Shown piece after piece: positions 40,316-53,735 of a DNA stretch of 64,000 bases; position 1 is the first letter of the stretch, and each line of letters opens with the position of its first letter. The stretch lies in assembly GCA_951406725.2 (NCBI GenBank), contig OX597824.1:2914001-2978000 (forward strand), written 5' to 3'. This stretch comes from Octopus vulgaris. Lineage: Eukaryota. A program made the position numbers and the translations under genes. The notes beneath the pieces were generated by a model, which saw only the letters and a program-made list of their open reading frames with translations, made no database searches and was not told the DNA's origin.

Positions 40316-42559
40316 ACTCATTTCAATCTTTCGACTGAGGCTGATAAAATAAACAGCAGCAATTTAAGATGTTGATATACGCGTTCGAATATACACAACC
40401 AACTCACCTTGTTTTTGAGACAAAATTCAAATATTACTATTTTATTCAATTATTTTTGTAAATGAAATATCTGATAAACATTATTATTTCTTTTGTCTTT
40501 TCTTCAGAATGAACTGTCACCATTCTGCGAGTAGTATGTTTGTATCTTCTGTTCATGAGAAACAAATAGCTTTGAATAACTACCTAATTAAAATTCTTAA
40601 GAAATTAACATATTACGTGTTTGGTCATTTGCTGTTATTTAATTTGTTAAAATAAAAGCACCATTTATTAAATAACGTAATTAATATCAGATAAAAGTTG
40701 TTTTAGAAACTAAAAATTCCAGAGGTTTTTCTCTCGTTAAAGACTCAAGCACGATTCAGCGATAATTTTCACAAAGTAATTTTTCTTTAATTTTTTTTCC
40801 CTCGATGTTAAAATTCCAATCATGTTGGATTTGTTACTAGCTTCAGTTTACAGAATATTATATTAAGTGAATTCCTTCCAATTCGAAAAAATATGTTCTT
40901 TTGTTGTATATCCCCGGGTGACGGAGTTGATTAAATAAACCTACGATCAAAAGCGTTCCAGTTGCGCTTATTCATAATATCGAGACAGACGCAGACATAG
41001 TCGGCTGGTTAGGTAAGATGTCCGCTTTGCAACTACGTTGTAACGATTTCGAGCCCACTGTTCATGACACCCAAACCAGTTTATTCTTATTTAAGCAACA
41101 AACCAAAGAAGTAGTGGTTAACATTCACTCTTCGCACCTACGTTACTGAGTTCAAATATGACTGATTTTCCTTTCTATTTTCAGCCTGTGTTTAGAAATG
41201 TTTCGTTCTATTTCCATCTGTTTTTCTGAATGATCGCCACCACCTCATCTCTGTTACGCATATCAGCATTTATTGCTAATTTCAAGCGTTTTTCCTCTCT
41301 AATTATATTTCCAATAGAAATCTCATGACTTGGAATAGATCCAAGCCTTGTAAGTGAATGTGAGTTGGCGGAAGCTGTTTGGACTACCCTCGGGTGGATT
41401 GTACACGTAGTCCAAATGGTGTATCCTTGTAAAACACTGTGTTGCACTGATTCTACCTGATGATTAAGTAAAGGACACACGTGCCTGAGGAATACTCAGA
41501 CATTTATACGCTAATTCAGTAAGCAGATAATTCGATTGATCGAATAACTAAATACACATCGTGGAAACCGACGGAGATCCATTTACTGTTTTCTATGTTA
41601 AGCAGATTATTATCATGATCTTCATTTATTATTGTTCTGCAGCATATGCGAATTAATGCTATTATTGTAAAGCCAAGTAGATAGGAACAGGGGAAAGGAG
41701 GCGAATCGGTCTGCCACTCTTGTGGAGCATAACTGATTTCTGCGGAAGAACTATTTTATGATTCAAAATTTATGTAGCAATGCTGTTCCCTTCAAAGTAT
41801 TTGGCAAATTGCCAGAATCGTTGGAATATCAAATAGATTAATTCACCTCATTTATTTCGGCGCTCTTTTCACTGGGTTCAACTCTCTCTGAACTTATCTG
41901 AACTGTGCCTTAGAGACAAATATCTTTGAATCACTCTCAAATTCAAGTCCTTAAAAAATCAACTTATTTCGTGTTTTGTAATTTACTGTCACAAAATCCA
42001 TTTTTACCGGAACATTTCGTTCCAGTCTTTCCAATTTATGATTTTTCTGAACCAGAGATGGTTACCTTTAAATTAAACAAATATTAAATTTACTGAAATA
42101 ATTAAATGAATTATTGTTGAGCCTGTGGCAGTGGAGCCTGTCCAGCGTTTTTTGCCACCACCCTCCCAACCCCAATAATATCCCCGTTAACCGCTATCCC
42201 GTGAGCTCCGTGTGTCAGAGTGGCTGTTCCAGTGAATCTCCTTCACCATATTCCGGGGAAACGCCTTTTCCATTTTATCTAATGAGACCACGAACCTGTT
42301 TGAATTACAGGAAATCGAGAGAATACGGGAATTTCGTAGCTTCCTACACGAACAATAAATTTATTGAAACCCGTTAACACCAGACACAGTCAGTAGTTCG
42401 CTAACACAATTTTATGTGTCTTCTGACATTAAATGAAACAGACGTACCTGAATATTGATATCGATGATACAAGTTTATTAGTACTGTGCTATTCGGCGTG
42501 CTGTTCTATGTTAGGTAGTACTAAACTAGACTAGTAGCCGGAGAAGTTGAAGTTCCTGT

Positions 42560-42866
42560 TGCTGCTGTTGCTGTTGAGCGAACGGTCTTCGTCCCAGAGC
42601 TCGCAAGATGGGAGAAGACCGAAACGTGGTCCTTTGCTATTCGTAAGACCCGCAGAAGAGAAAGCAGGTCAACCCCCGACACCGAGAGCATCGACGGATG
42701 AATGAATGTGCATCCAGGCTCAGCGGTTGCGTAGGAAGTCGGGGACAGGAAACAGGAAGAAAGAGTGAGAGAAAGTTGGAGCGAAAGAGTACAACAGGGG
42801 TCGCCACCCCCACCCCACCCCTGCCGGAGCCTCGTGGAGTTTTTAGGTGTTTTCGCCCAATACACA
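42560..42866 (-). mobile_element. SINE family D, 5'-truncated
   Basis: Closely matches 28113-28405. Confidence 0.8.
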
Positions 42867-43401
42867 TAAAGTTCCTGCTCGTAAATTAGTGCGGATTATA
42901 GAAACTCCATGCCCTTACTGTCCGGAAAGAAGGTGTTATACTTGTACAATATATTAGAGTAATATGTGTCTGAGAAAATTATTCTTCAAACAAATGATTT
43001 CAAAGGGTTTCTCTCATGGTTTGGTGGAATTAGTAGAGAGTCAGACAGGATTCTTTGTGGGATCCGTTCTAGAACCTTGTGTTTTCCTACAACACCTTAA
43101 TTGATGCAGGAGTTCGTTTGTGTTGGCCTTTCTTTTCCGTTGCATAACATCAGTGGCGTCGAAAGAAGAGACTAGACTAGTGAGGATGATAACTAGACTA
43201 GTCTTTCACAAAGCCTTACCCGGGCGGTCTAACCCTTCAACAAGAGATTTCCGCGGGTGAATGCTGACAGACGACAATCACCATTCATAAATAAGACTCA
43301 GTTTCGGTCGTTTCCCTCTCTCTCTTTCACTTTCATTCTTCTTTTCTTTCTTCCTTTCTTTCTTTCCTCCTCTCTCTCTCTTTGTAGTTTTCTATATACA
43401 A

Positions 43402-43778
43402 GTGTATGTATGTATATATGTATGCATGCATGTGTTGTATGTATGTATGTATGTATGTATGTATGTATGTATGTATGTATGTATGTGTTGTATGTATGTA
43501 TCTATGTATTGTATGTGTTGTATGTATGTATAAATGTATGTATGTATATATGTATGTATGTATGTGTTGTATGTATGTATGTGTTGTATATATGTATGTG
43601 TTGTATGTATGTATGTATATATGTATGTATATATGTATGTATGTTTGTATGCATTGTATGTATGTATGTATGTATGTGTTGTATATATGTATGTATGTTT
43701 GTATGCATTGTATGTATGTATGTATGTGTTGTATGTATGTATGTGTTGTATGTATGTATGTATGTATGTGTTGTATGT
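43402..43778. repeat. Complex (TATG)n satellite with TGTTG/GCATTG variants, left of the CR1 element
   Basis: Direct reading. Confidence 0.92.
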
Positions 43779-46173
43779 AACTTAGAATAACTTAGAAAGG
43801 TTTTGGCCAGTATTGGCCCAGGCCATGTCTAACTTAATAGCACCACCTGGCGAAGTCTTTCAGTTCAGGATTTGGGCACCAAGGCCCATTCGATTTGGGC
43901 ACCAAGCCCATTCGAACATCTTAATACAATTTCAGCTTCTCTAGTCTACCCCAGTAGTCAAGGTCTGACATGCCATCTATCTTTTTTGTGATTGACCTTT
44001 GGGGAGCTTCAATTCTCATAATATTTTGTTTTGTGTAGGGAGACCACAGTGGACAGCAGTATTCAAGGTGGGGTCGGGCAAAAGTGGAGAAAAGAAGGAT
44101 AATAGCGTGGGAATCTCTCGACTGGAAGGTTCTGAGAATCCAGGAACACATTCTGCGGGCCATGTCAACTTTGCTGCTTATATGTGTAGCCCAGCTTATG
44201 TTGTTGTCCACTGTTACTCCCAGGTCTCTGATGTTGTTGGATGCCATGAGAATTTCTCCAGAAGGAAGAGAGTATGGGAGTTTCAGAGCGTCCTCCCTTC
44301 CAAAGTGGATCAGTTCGAATTTGTCTTCATTTAGCAACATGTTATTCTTTTCCGCCCATTGGACAACAGCCAGTAGGTCTGACTGAAGGTTTATTCGGTC
44401 ATCCACGCCATTGATGACCTTCTGGAGCTTGGAATCATCAGCGAAGGTTCTGATGTTACTGTGTTTGATGGTGTCAGTAATATCATTTATGTAGATGATG
44501 AAGAGAAGTGGGCCCAACACAGTGCCTTGTGGGACACCACTGCTGACTTTGGCTGGGCTGGATTTGACTCCTTCGACTACAACATGTTGGGTTCTGTTAG
44601 ACAGGAAGCACTTGATCCACTGCAGCAGCTTTCCAGTGACACCAATATTGGACAGCTTTCTCAGAAGGATCTTATGATCAACCCTGTCAAAGGCCTTGCT
44701 GAAATCAAGGTAGATGACATCAGTGTTGGAACCTTCTACCAAGGCTCTCAAAATGTCATCAAAATGATGCAGTAGCTGCGTCAGGCAATCTCTCCCATTA
44801 CGGAATCCATGCTGGTTGGGGTTCAGCATATTATGACTCTCAGGAAGTGAGTCATACGCGATCTCAGCACCCTCTCAAATACCTTGATGATATGAGAGGT
44901 GAGTGAGATTGGACGGTAATTCACGGCAAGCGATTTGTTTCCTTTTTTGAAAACTGGGACAACAGACTGGGATAGAAGGTCTTCTGGTATATATCCAGCA
45001 TTCAATGAGTTCCGCCACAGATTGGCTAGAGGGGGTGCAAGTTGGTTTTGACACATCTTCAAAACACAAGCAGGGAACTTATCGGGACCTACTGCTGAAT
45101 TATGCTTCATTTCCTTTATTGCTGCTAAGACATCAGGAGCGCCAAATGTTATGTCCGATAAAGTGTATTGGGGAGTAACATCACTGATACAGCCCAGATC
45201 AGTCATATCAGGATTGCTGAAAACAGAGCAATATTGTTTCTGCAATATCTCTCCCATGGTTTTGGCATTGTCTTGAAGAGTACCATTTTCATCAATCAGA
45301 GGGCCAAAAGTAGAACCAGTGACTCTGTGTTTTTTTGCAAATGAAAAGAACACTTTGGGATTGAGTTTAATCTTCTCAATGGTCCAGGCCTCTTCAGCTC
45401 TTCGCTGACTATTGATGATAGACATCATGTTGTTTTGGAGTTTATGTTTTTTAATCTCTAGCGACGAGATGGCAGTCAGGTTGGTGTGTTGCTGTTGACA
45501 GTATTTCAGCATGTTGATCTTTTTGTTGATTCTTTTAATTTTCCTTATGAGAGATTTTCTATTTCTAGGGATTCGACACTTAGATTTGTTTGCAGATCTT
45601 AATGGGGTGTGTCTTGCACATATGTTCGTGATGGTGTCTACAAGTGACTGCCAGGACTTTTTGATGTTAGTGGGTGTGTATGTGTGCGTGAAGGACCAAT
45701 CGACTTGTGCAAGATCATTATTGATCGCTTCCCAGTTTGCATTGTGGAAATCCATAGTGTCAAATGGATGAACAGGAAGGATGACATTTGTTTTGCATTT
45801 TGGCCAGTGAAATCTCAGATCACAGAGAACCATGTCATGGTCGGAGAGTAGGGTTTTCTCCACTGCAATATTGTGGATAGTATCAGTGTGATTGCTGAAA
45901 ATTAAGTCTAAGACGTTTTTTTGAGATCTCGTTGGTTCGAGTACCAGTTGGGACAAGAAGAAGTCATCCATGAAGTCAAGAAGCGATTCCACTTCCTCCC
46001 TATCAGGGGTTGAGAGAGAAGAACCTGGCGGCAGACTGTTTGTAGACCAGTCAACCCCGGAAAGGTTGAAGTCTCCCATCATTAAAATGTTGTCAGGTTG
46101 ACACTGCTGAATGAAACACTTTATGCTGTTGAGGCATTCCTTGAAGCATGGTAGGGGCGTTTGGGGTGGTCTG
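43779..46173 (-). mobile_element. 5'-truncated CR1-like LINE with an internal deletion, inserted in the (TATG)n satellite
   Basis: Partial APE (MGDFN, VLDLIFS, LSDH) and RT. The ORF stops at KLKLY where related copies continue YSL.RR. A short 3' UTR ends in TTCTAAGTT x2. Confidence 0.85.
43921..46170 (-). pseudogene. CR1-like APE-RT ORF with a one-base frameshift at ~44830
   Basis: SAVGPDK, NYRPISLTS, NQHGFR, DFSKAFDRV, GVPQGTVLGP, FADD, DLGV and LEYCCPLWSP, spread over ORFs 44823-46457 and 43921-44829. Confidence 0.88.
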
Positions 46174-46572
46174 TGTATGTATGTATGTGTTGTATGTATG
46201 TATGTATGTATGTATGTATGTATGTATGTATGTATGTATGTATGTATGTATGTATGTATGCATTGTATGTATGTATGTGTTGTATGTATGTATGCATTGT
46301 ATGTATGTATGTATGTGTTGTATGTATGTATGTATATATGTATGTATATATGTATGTATGTATGCATTGTATGTATGTATGTATATATGTGTTGTATGTA
46401 TGTATGTATGTATGTGTGTATGTATGTATGTATGTATGTATGTATGTATGTATGCATTGTATGTATGTATGCATTGTATGTATATATGTATGCATTGTAT
46501 GTATGTATGTATGTGTTGTATGTATGTATGTATGTATGTATGTGTTGTATGTATGTGTTGTATGTATGTGTG
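46174..46572. repeat. Complex (TATG)n satellite, right of the CR1 element
   Basis: Same variant units as 43402-43778. Confidence 0.92.
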
Positions 46573-46865
46573 TAGCTTTCTGTTTAGAGCAGATGACAAA
46601 GTCTATTCATAAATTAGAAAGTACATTACATCTCTCTCTCTCTCTCTTCATCTCTCTAACACACACTCTCTATCTCTGACACACACAATCTCTCTCACAC
46701 ATTCTCTCTCTTCCTCTCTCTCTCTCTCTCTCTCACACACCATCTCTCTTTCTCTTTCATAAGACTTAAGAATGTATCATTGTGTTAAAGACAGCAGCTA
46801 AATGACTGAGCGTCATTGGCGTCAACTACAGTTTTGCGCAAATATGGCGACAGGACAAGTTCACC

Positions 46866-47084
46866 GGAGTGGCTGTGTAGTAAGAGGCTTCCCAACCACA
46901 TGGTTCCGGGTTCAGTCCCGCTGCATGCCACCTGCTATAGCTTGCACCGACCAAAGCTTTGTGAGTAGATTTCGTAGACGGAAATTGAAAGAAGCCCGTC
47001 ATGTATATATATATATATATATATATGGATTAAGTCTTTCTTTGTTTGATTTGCATAATAGTGGTTTTGTCTCTAATTAATATG

Positions 47085-47156
<72 letters not shown>

Positions 47157-47355
47157 GTGTTTGTGTGTATGTGTTTGTCCCCCCCCCCCCGCCACTATAG
47201 CTACACAACTAATGTCGGTGTGTTTACATCACGGTAACGTAGCGGTTCGGCAAAAGAGATCGATAGAATAAGCCCTGGGCTCTATGTGTTCGACTATAGA
47301 CGGTGCTCCAGCATGGCTACCGTCAAATGACTGAAGCAAACAAAAGAATAAAAGG
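46866..47355 (+). mobile_element. SINE family C interrupted by (TA)n
   Basis: GGAGTGGCTGTGTAGT head, GGTTCAGTCCC B-box, GAAAGAAGCCCGTC, tail GGTGCTCCAGCATGGC..AAAAGAATAAAAG. Confidence 0.7.
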
Positions 47356-47357
47356 AT

Positions 47358-47430
<73 letters not shown>

Positions 47431-47999
47431 AATATATACATACATATGTATGTAAATATATAATCTCATTTACAGACACATTTTTTAAATGATTCTTTTT
47501 CCTAAAATTCATTCAGTGAATTTTTAAAAAATAGTATTTTTTCCTTTTGACTTTATCCGAAGAACTTTTTTGTTTTTTTGTATATAAGATAGCCTGAAAC
47601 CATGTGAAATTCTAGTTGAATAGAGAAGTAGAGTTTCCAAAATTAAAACATAAAGAAACAAGTCGCTATTGAATTTTTACGACCATCTGCAGCTGAGTCG
47701 AATCTCGAGAAAATGGTAAGTATTCCTGGATACACGTCTCTGCGAAATTGTGAAGTCTCTTTCAATACACCTACATAGCTTCATCCTTTCATAAGCCTCC
47801 AACGCTCTGTTATGTTGGTGCGTAACTCTGGTTCCCATTCTGTTAAATGGAGCGGAGACATTTCTCACCCTGGATGGCTTATCAGTTTGGTACAGGTAAC
47901 CTCTCTCACAAGATCTGAAATCATATGTTCAATAGCCTTCTCCGGCAAGGAGATATGACTTAAGATACATATATAATCGTTGTGATTACAATATTCACT

Positions 48000-48277
48000 C
48001 ACAATGAAGAAGGTGAAGGTAGTGTCAATTATTGTTGGGTCCTTGGGAACAGTATCAGCAGGCATGAAGAGGAATATCAAGGAAATTGGAATCGAGTGCC
48101 CAGTAGAACCGTTACAAAATGTTTTCTTCTTTGGCACGGCCAGAATAATCAGGAATGTATTAGATAGCTGAAAAGAACGAATAGCATGGTAGCTTAAGCT
48201 GGATGTAGTGATCCCGCTACGTATACAAGACTCCAGGAGCTCCAACAAAACCTGTGATTAAGAGAAAATAATAATCA
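48000..48277 (+). mobile_element. R4/Dong-like LINE 3' end with (AAT) tail
   Basis: VKVVSIIVGSLGTVS..LQNVFFFGTARIIRNVLDS*, then a 3' UTR homologous to 56888-57125. Confidence 0.75.
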
Positions 48278-48344
48278 AAATCCATTATTAGAACGAACAG
48301 GATAAAGAAACAAATTGATAAAACTCAAAGAGTAAAAGCAAAGT

Positions 48345-48570
48345 CCGTGGAAATGCAGTCAGCTGGTACAAAGAGAATGTAAGCGTAAGCATGATTGGGT
48401 CGGTAAAAGACGACTACATTATGATGCTAGCCATGTGTGGGGATTCAAAGTAACAGAAAAGTGGTATGAACACACCCCAGGAGCTCTGAGGGTAAATGAT
48501 AATTGTAGAATCTTATAAAGACTTATCATATTATTGAAGCCAGGAAACCAGATTTGGTCGTTGAGTGCAA
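48345..48570 (+). mobile_element. R4/Dong-like LINE remnant (zinc finger to RLE)
   Basis: CSQLVQRECKRKHDWVG..EKWYEHTP..IEARKPDLVV. Confidence 0.6.
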
Positions 48571-48834
48571 AGTCAGAGCGTAAAAATTGCAAAACCAAGG
48601 ACCTTGCAAAGGTCTCTAGGGTTTAGCGGCATGAAATATTGTCATCTTTAAAATGTTTAAATAATAATCTGATTCTGATAAATATGCAAGATTGATGATA
48701 ACAGCCAATTCACATGCATATCACCAAGATACTAGCAGTGCTCAGGCGAATGACCGGATAGATTCTGAGAATCTTCCCAGCAAGGAACCAGGAAATTTTG
48801 TTGGTCCTATGGAGGACATTTGTCCTCAGCTGTC

Positions 48835-49360
48835 TGAAAACTGCTCTCAACTGTCATCACCCTACAGTGTCAGATTAATAGCAGCTCGCCGATGTTACAC
48901 AAGGGAGATTACATCAATGGAACAGCTGAGCTACTGGGCGAGACTGAAAGAGCTACGACTCTACTCCCTCGGACGAAGATAAGAGAGGCATGCAGTGATA
49001 TATGTGGCCCCAAACTAGGAGTTGGGAGCTATACCAGACCTCGAACTGGACGCCAATGAACTGTTCCAAAGGTCCCAGTTGTCCCATCTAGAGTGAGAAC
49101 CATGTACTAAAATAGTTTGGGATTCAAGGGCACACAGCTATTTAACATCTTGCCAAAACATCGGTGGGATCTTCATGGAGTGGGCGTAGATGTTTTCAAG
49201 AAACAACTTGACCTCTTGCTATCCAAGATCCCAGACAAACCAATATCAAGTCAGGAGACTCAAAAGAGGACAGCAGTGTCGAACTCCCTCCTTCACCAAA
49301 AGCCAATCACATAGGGTTCGCCAATTAAAAGCTGATAACACTGGCGCTGCCCCAGACTAA
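48835..49360 (+). mobile_element. Degenerate CR1-like LINE 3' remnant
   Basis: CSQLSSPYS..LSYWARLKELRLYSLGRR*ER and GTQLFNILPK..FKKQLDLLLSKIPDKP. Confidence 0.75.
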
Positions 49361-49759
49361 AAGAATTCGAAACATGACAGATATTGACAGGTACAATTTT
49401 GACAGCTGAAAACATGGAGATATGATTATGTATTTAGCATGGTGATGGTCATTTTAAGTCTTATATTAAATAGAACATTAACTACCAATTAAAAGCCTCT
49501 ACCCATTTTGTGGTACATTTGTTCGTATTCGATTAGATCCTTCACAATATATTATATAACAAATCTTAACTCTAGCTTATATTGAACATTGCATAGAATG
49601 TGAAGGTAAGTCCATGGAACATTTATTTGCTGTACGACATAGAGCAGAAACACAGAAAAAGAAAATTTGCAATTGTATTAAACATTGAAAGCACCTATTT
49701 GTTAGTTTACTGTCAATAGTTATCCAACAAGACGAATTAGCTTTCCTCACGAATAACAA

Positions 49760-49799
<40 letters not shown>

Positions 49800-50153
49800 A
49801 ATAATAATAATGAAATATCTTCAATACACAAGAAAAATTGTTAAATAACATTTTTAGTGCTTTTGCTGGAGGTAAATCAGTTTTCTTCAAAAATGTATTA
49901 TCATGATGATGTCCTCTGAACATACTGCATACATATGTATGAATAAAAGCATGTATATATATATATATATTTATGAATGTATATGCTTATAAACACATAT
50001 TTTACATACATATACGCACGTCGGCTTATATACATGTATATAGGTATATAGATATGTGTATAATGAGTGTGCGTGCGTGGGTATATTTATATAGATATAC
50101 ACGTACGTATATATATATGTATGTATATATATATATATACATATATATATACA

Positions 50154-50220
<67 letters not shown>

Positions 50221-50922
50221 GTGCGTGTATTTGTATGTATATGTAAGCATTAATGTGTGTGTGTGTGTATATGCACATGCGTCTGCCCATGCGTATGCAC
50301 ACATACGTAGATAGAAACACACACACATACATACATGAGTACATACATACATACATACATACATACATACATACATACATACATACATACATACATACAT
50401 ACATACATACATACATACGTACATACAGCAACACACGCACACATGCTTACATGCGTGCATATGTACATAGTACAATTTCATACGCTAGTAATATTGTCTA
50501 AGCATCTTTACGCACGTGATAAAATTAAATAACACAATAAAGAAAATGCAAAAAGTAACAAAAAAATCAAAATGGCTGCCTCTGAATCATAAAATCTCGT
50601 TTTTGCTGAGAGCGAAATCTAACTTCTTTTTACAACGAGCTTCATGAATAGTAAATAATCAAAACTTATAAGAATTTTCGTAGCAGAGTGTATTGCAACA
50701 CGGAGATTGGAGAAAGGAAAACAAAACTAACGAAGCAAAATGCGGTTTTGAAAAAAAAATATAGAAAAAAAAAACACAATCGTTAACTAGATATTGTTTT
50801 ACTTGTAATATGACCCTAGGCGTACATGCATATATTTATGTATGAACGATTATATATGTACATACATGTATGTATAATATATATATGTGTGTATATGTAC
50901 ATATATACACATATACATATAT

Positions 50923-50974
<52 letters not shown>

Positions 50975-51060
50975 CGTATATATATATGTATGTATGTATA
51001 TATATATACACATATATGTATATATATGTATGTATATATATATATACACATATATGTATA

Positions 51061-51118
<58 letters not shown>

Positions 51119-51451
51119 ATTAGATTTAGATACGTATACTTAAATATAAGCGTATAAAGCAAGCATACTGAAAAAGATCTGTACACGTCTTATCATTACA
51201 AACACCTTCGAACCCCGCCACACACATTTGCATATATAGCCATATTAATGTGTATCTGCACTAATTATGCAGTCATTAACGCTTGAAAATGTCTTGACAT
51301 ATAGAACTCGTGTCATTTTTGTATTGATGAGCTTGTCTTCTGCAAAGAAAAATTTATATTAATAAAAAATATATTGAAACTTATACTTGGAAGCCTTCAC
51401 TAATGGTACCTATGATTATAAATGTTGATACCATAAAACAAATAATAAATA

Positions 51452-51867
51452 TATTTCTTTATTGCCCACAGGGGGCTAAACATAGAGGGGACAAACAAGG
51501 ACAGACAAAGTGATTAAGTCGATTACATCGACCCCAGTGCATAACTGGTACTTTATTTATCGATCCCGAAAGGATGAAAGGCAAAGTTGACCTCGGCGGA
51601 ACTTGAACTCAGAAACGTAACGGTAAACGAAATACCTATTTCTTTTTTACCCACAAGGGCTAAACACAGAGGGGACAAACAGGGACAGACATAGGTATTA
51701 AGTCGATTACATGAACCCCAGCGCGTAACTGGTACTTAATTTATCGACCCCGAAAGGATGAAAGGCAACCGTCGACCTCGGCGGAATTTGAACTAAGAAC
51801 GTAACGGCAGACGAAATACGGCTACGCATTTCGCCCGGCGCGCTAACGATTCTGCCAGATCGCCGCC
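51452..51867 (-). mobile_element. Dimeric SINE family A flanked by one 15-bp TSD
   Basis: Full copy 51867-51636 joined to a 5'-truncated copy. TSD TAAAACAAATAATAA at 51434-51448 and 51869-51883. Confidence 0.88.
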
Positions 51868-52874
51868 CTAAAACAAATAATAATTTAAGTGAAGTTAACA
51901 GTGTTTGTGTGTTTTTCAATGGCTAACGTATGTTGCACTCTGCAATCGTTTTCTAATATTTTTGTGTGTCTTTGTTGTTTTTGTGTGACTAAAGTTTGGA
52001 GAGATGATTTAACGTCCATGCACCTTTCGATTCATATCAGTACAGTAATGAAAAGGCCCTTAAAGACCAGCTTCAGATGTCATTGAAAATCCACAAGTCT
52101 GGGACTAGAGTTTGTAGACGAGCTTGAGCGTCGTAAAAATGCTTCGTATTATTTTTCCGTCTCTTTACGTTCTGAGTTCAAATCCCGCTGAGATAAGCTA
52201 TGTTTTCAACATTTCACGGTCAATAAAATAATGCACCAGTCCAGAAGGGGATCGATAGCATCGAATTAAACAATTTTCTCCATATTTTGTCCGTGTACCT
52301 AGGCATGGAGCATTATTATTATTATTATTATTATTATTTGGTAGAACGTCGGACAAAATGAATTGTGGTATTTAGCTACGTCCCTGTTTTACTCATTTAC
52401 TCGTTTAAGTCCCTGGGCTACGTCAGTGCTGGATCATCTGCTGGATCATCTGCTGGTAGGAAGGATAAGTCGAACAGATCTACTCCGGCATTTGATTTTT
52501 AAAGTCTGGGACTTAATCTATCGATCACATTTACGGAATGAATCGCTAAATTACGGGGATGTAAACACCAATTGTCAATCGATAGGCACACACACACGAA
52601 CACACACAAACACAGACACGCGCGCACTCACACACATATGTACATACACACACGCACCACAAGCTTATCACAATGTGTCAGATTTCCTCACAGGATGTTG
52701 ATCGGCGCTCGATGTTATTCGTGGTTGCGAAGCGAATATCTCAATTACCAGTCAACACCTACTTAAGGTTTCAGTTCTATTCGTGTAAAGATCGATTTTA
52801 CCTGTTATCTTTCTGTGATTGGTAAACTACTACAACTAAAAGGTTTCATATAATCAATTATAATTATTCGTTTA

Positions 52875-53735
52875 CTAGCACTATGACCCGGCGTTGCCAG
52901 GTCTAGTGCTAGTCGTGCATATTTGGTCTTTCATCCCGCTCTATTGTCATTCACTTGGTCAAACTCGTTAATTATTCCCTGCATTTCTCAAATCCAAAAA
53001 GCGTGCACGTTTGAAAGCCAAAACACATGTTTGTCTGAGCTCAGCTCTTACAAAAGTTGCTTTATCACACTTCATCGAGGCCAAGTGGGGCACGGAGGAC
53101 TAGATACTGCGACTTGTGTGCAAACATGAAAGCAGCAAAAAGTCATATTCTATTGTCAAGGAAGCTTATAAATTCGTAAGGGAACTTGAACTCGCAAAAC
53201 ACAAAAATGCACAGTCATACAGACCGTCTGCAAATGCGCATGCGCATCCAACTGTCAGCTGTAAAATTATCGCCATCCAATAAAAAAACAGACATTTTGC
53301 CATTTATTGATATAGAAATTTTAAGCAAGCGTTTAGAAATTCTCTGGGAAACTGGAAAATCCAGAAATCCGGGACAGTTCCGGTCTTAAATTGGATAAAT
53401 TGGTCTGGTACAGTATTGAGGTGTGATACATAACAAAGGGGGGAGATGCAGAGTTTTAAAGAGTTATTTCCCTTGCTATGGTTTAATATCTTTAGATTAA
53501 ACTCCTGGATAAAGTGAGTTACGCCCCTTATATTAAAGACTATTGTTACCTGAAACATAAGGGGTCAGTTTATCGATTTTTTAAAATGACTTTCAGGGGT
53601 AACTGGGAAATAAAAAGATCTTCACAACCACCCTTGGACGGTTTTGAATGACCATAGAAAGTGCGAGCCCTCTACCTGAAAAGTTGTGGATTTGTATAAA
53701 GGACACACACACATTTTGCCGTTTATATATAGAGA
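52875..53735 (-). mobile_element. Non-autonomous Helitron with an internal captured or templated segment
   Basis: Minus strand starts TCTCTATATATAAAC and ends with a hairpin plus CTAG before host T. A second 5'-end-like motif (ACATTTTGCCATTTATTGATATAGA) lies at ~53292-53316. Confidence 0.7.

Noticed and set aside
46171-46457. N-terminal HTYI-repeat extension of the 544-aa CR1 ORF
   Set aside because: In-frame read-through from the flanking (TACA)n satellite, not element sequence.
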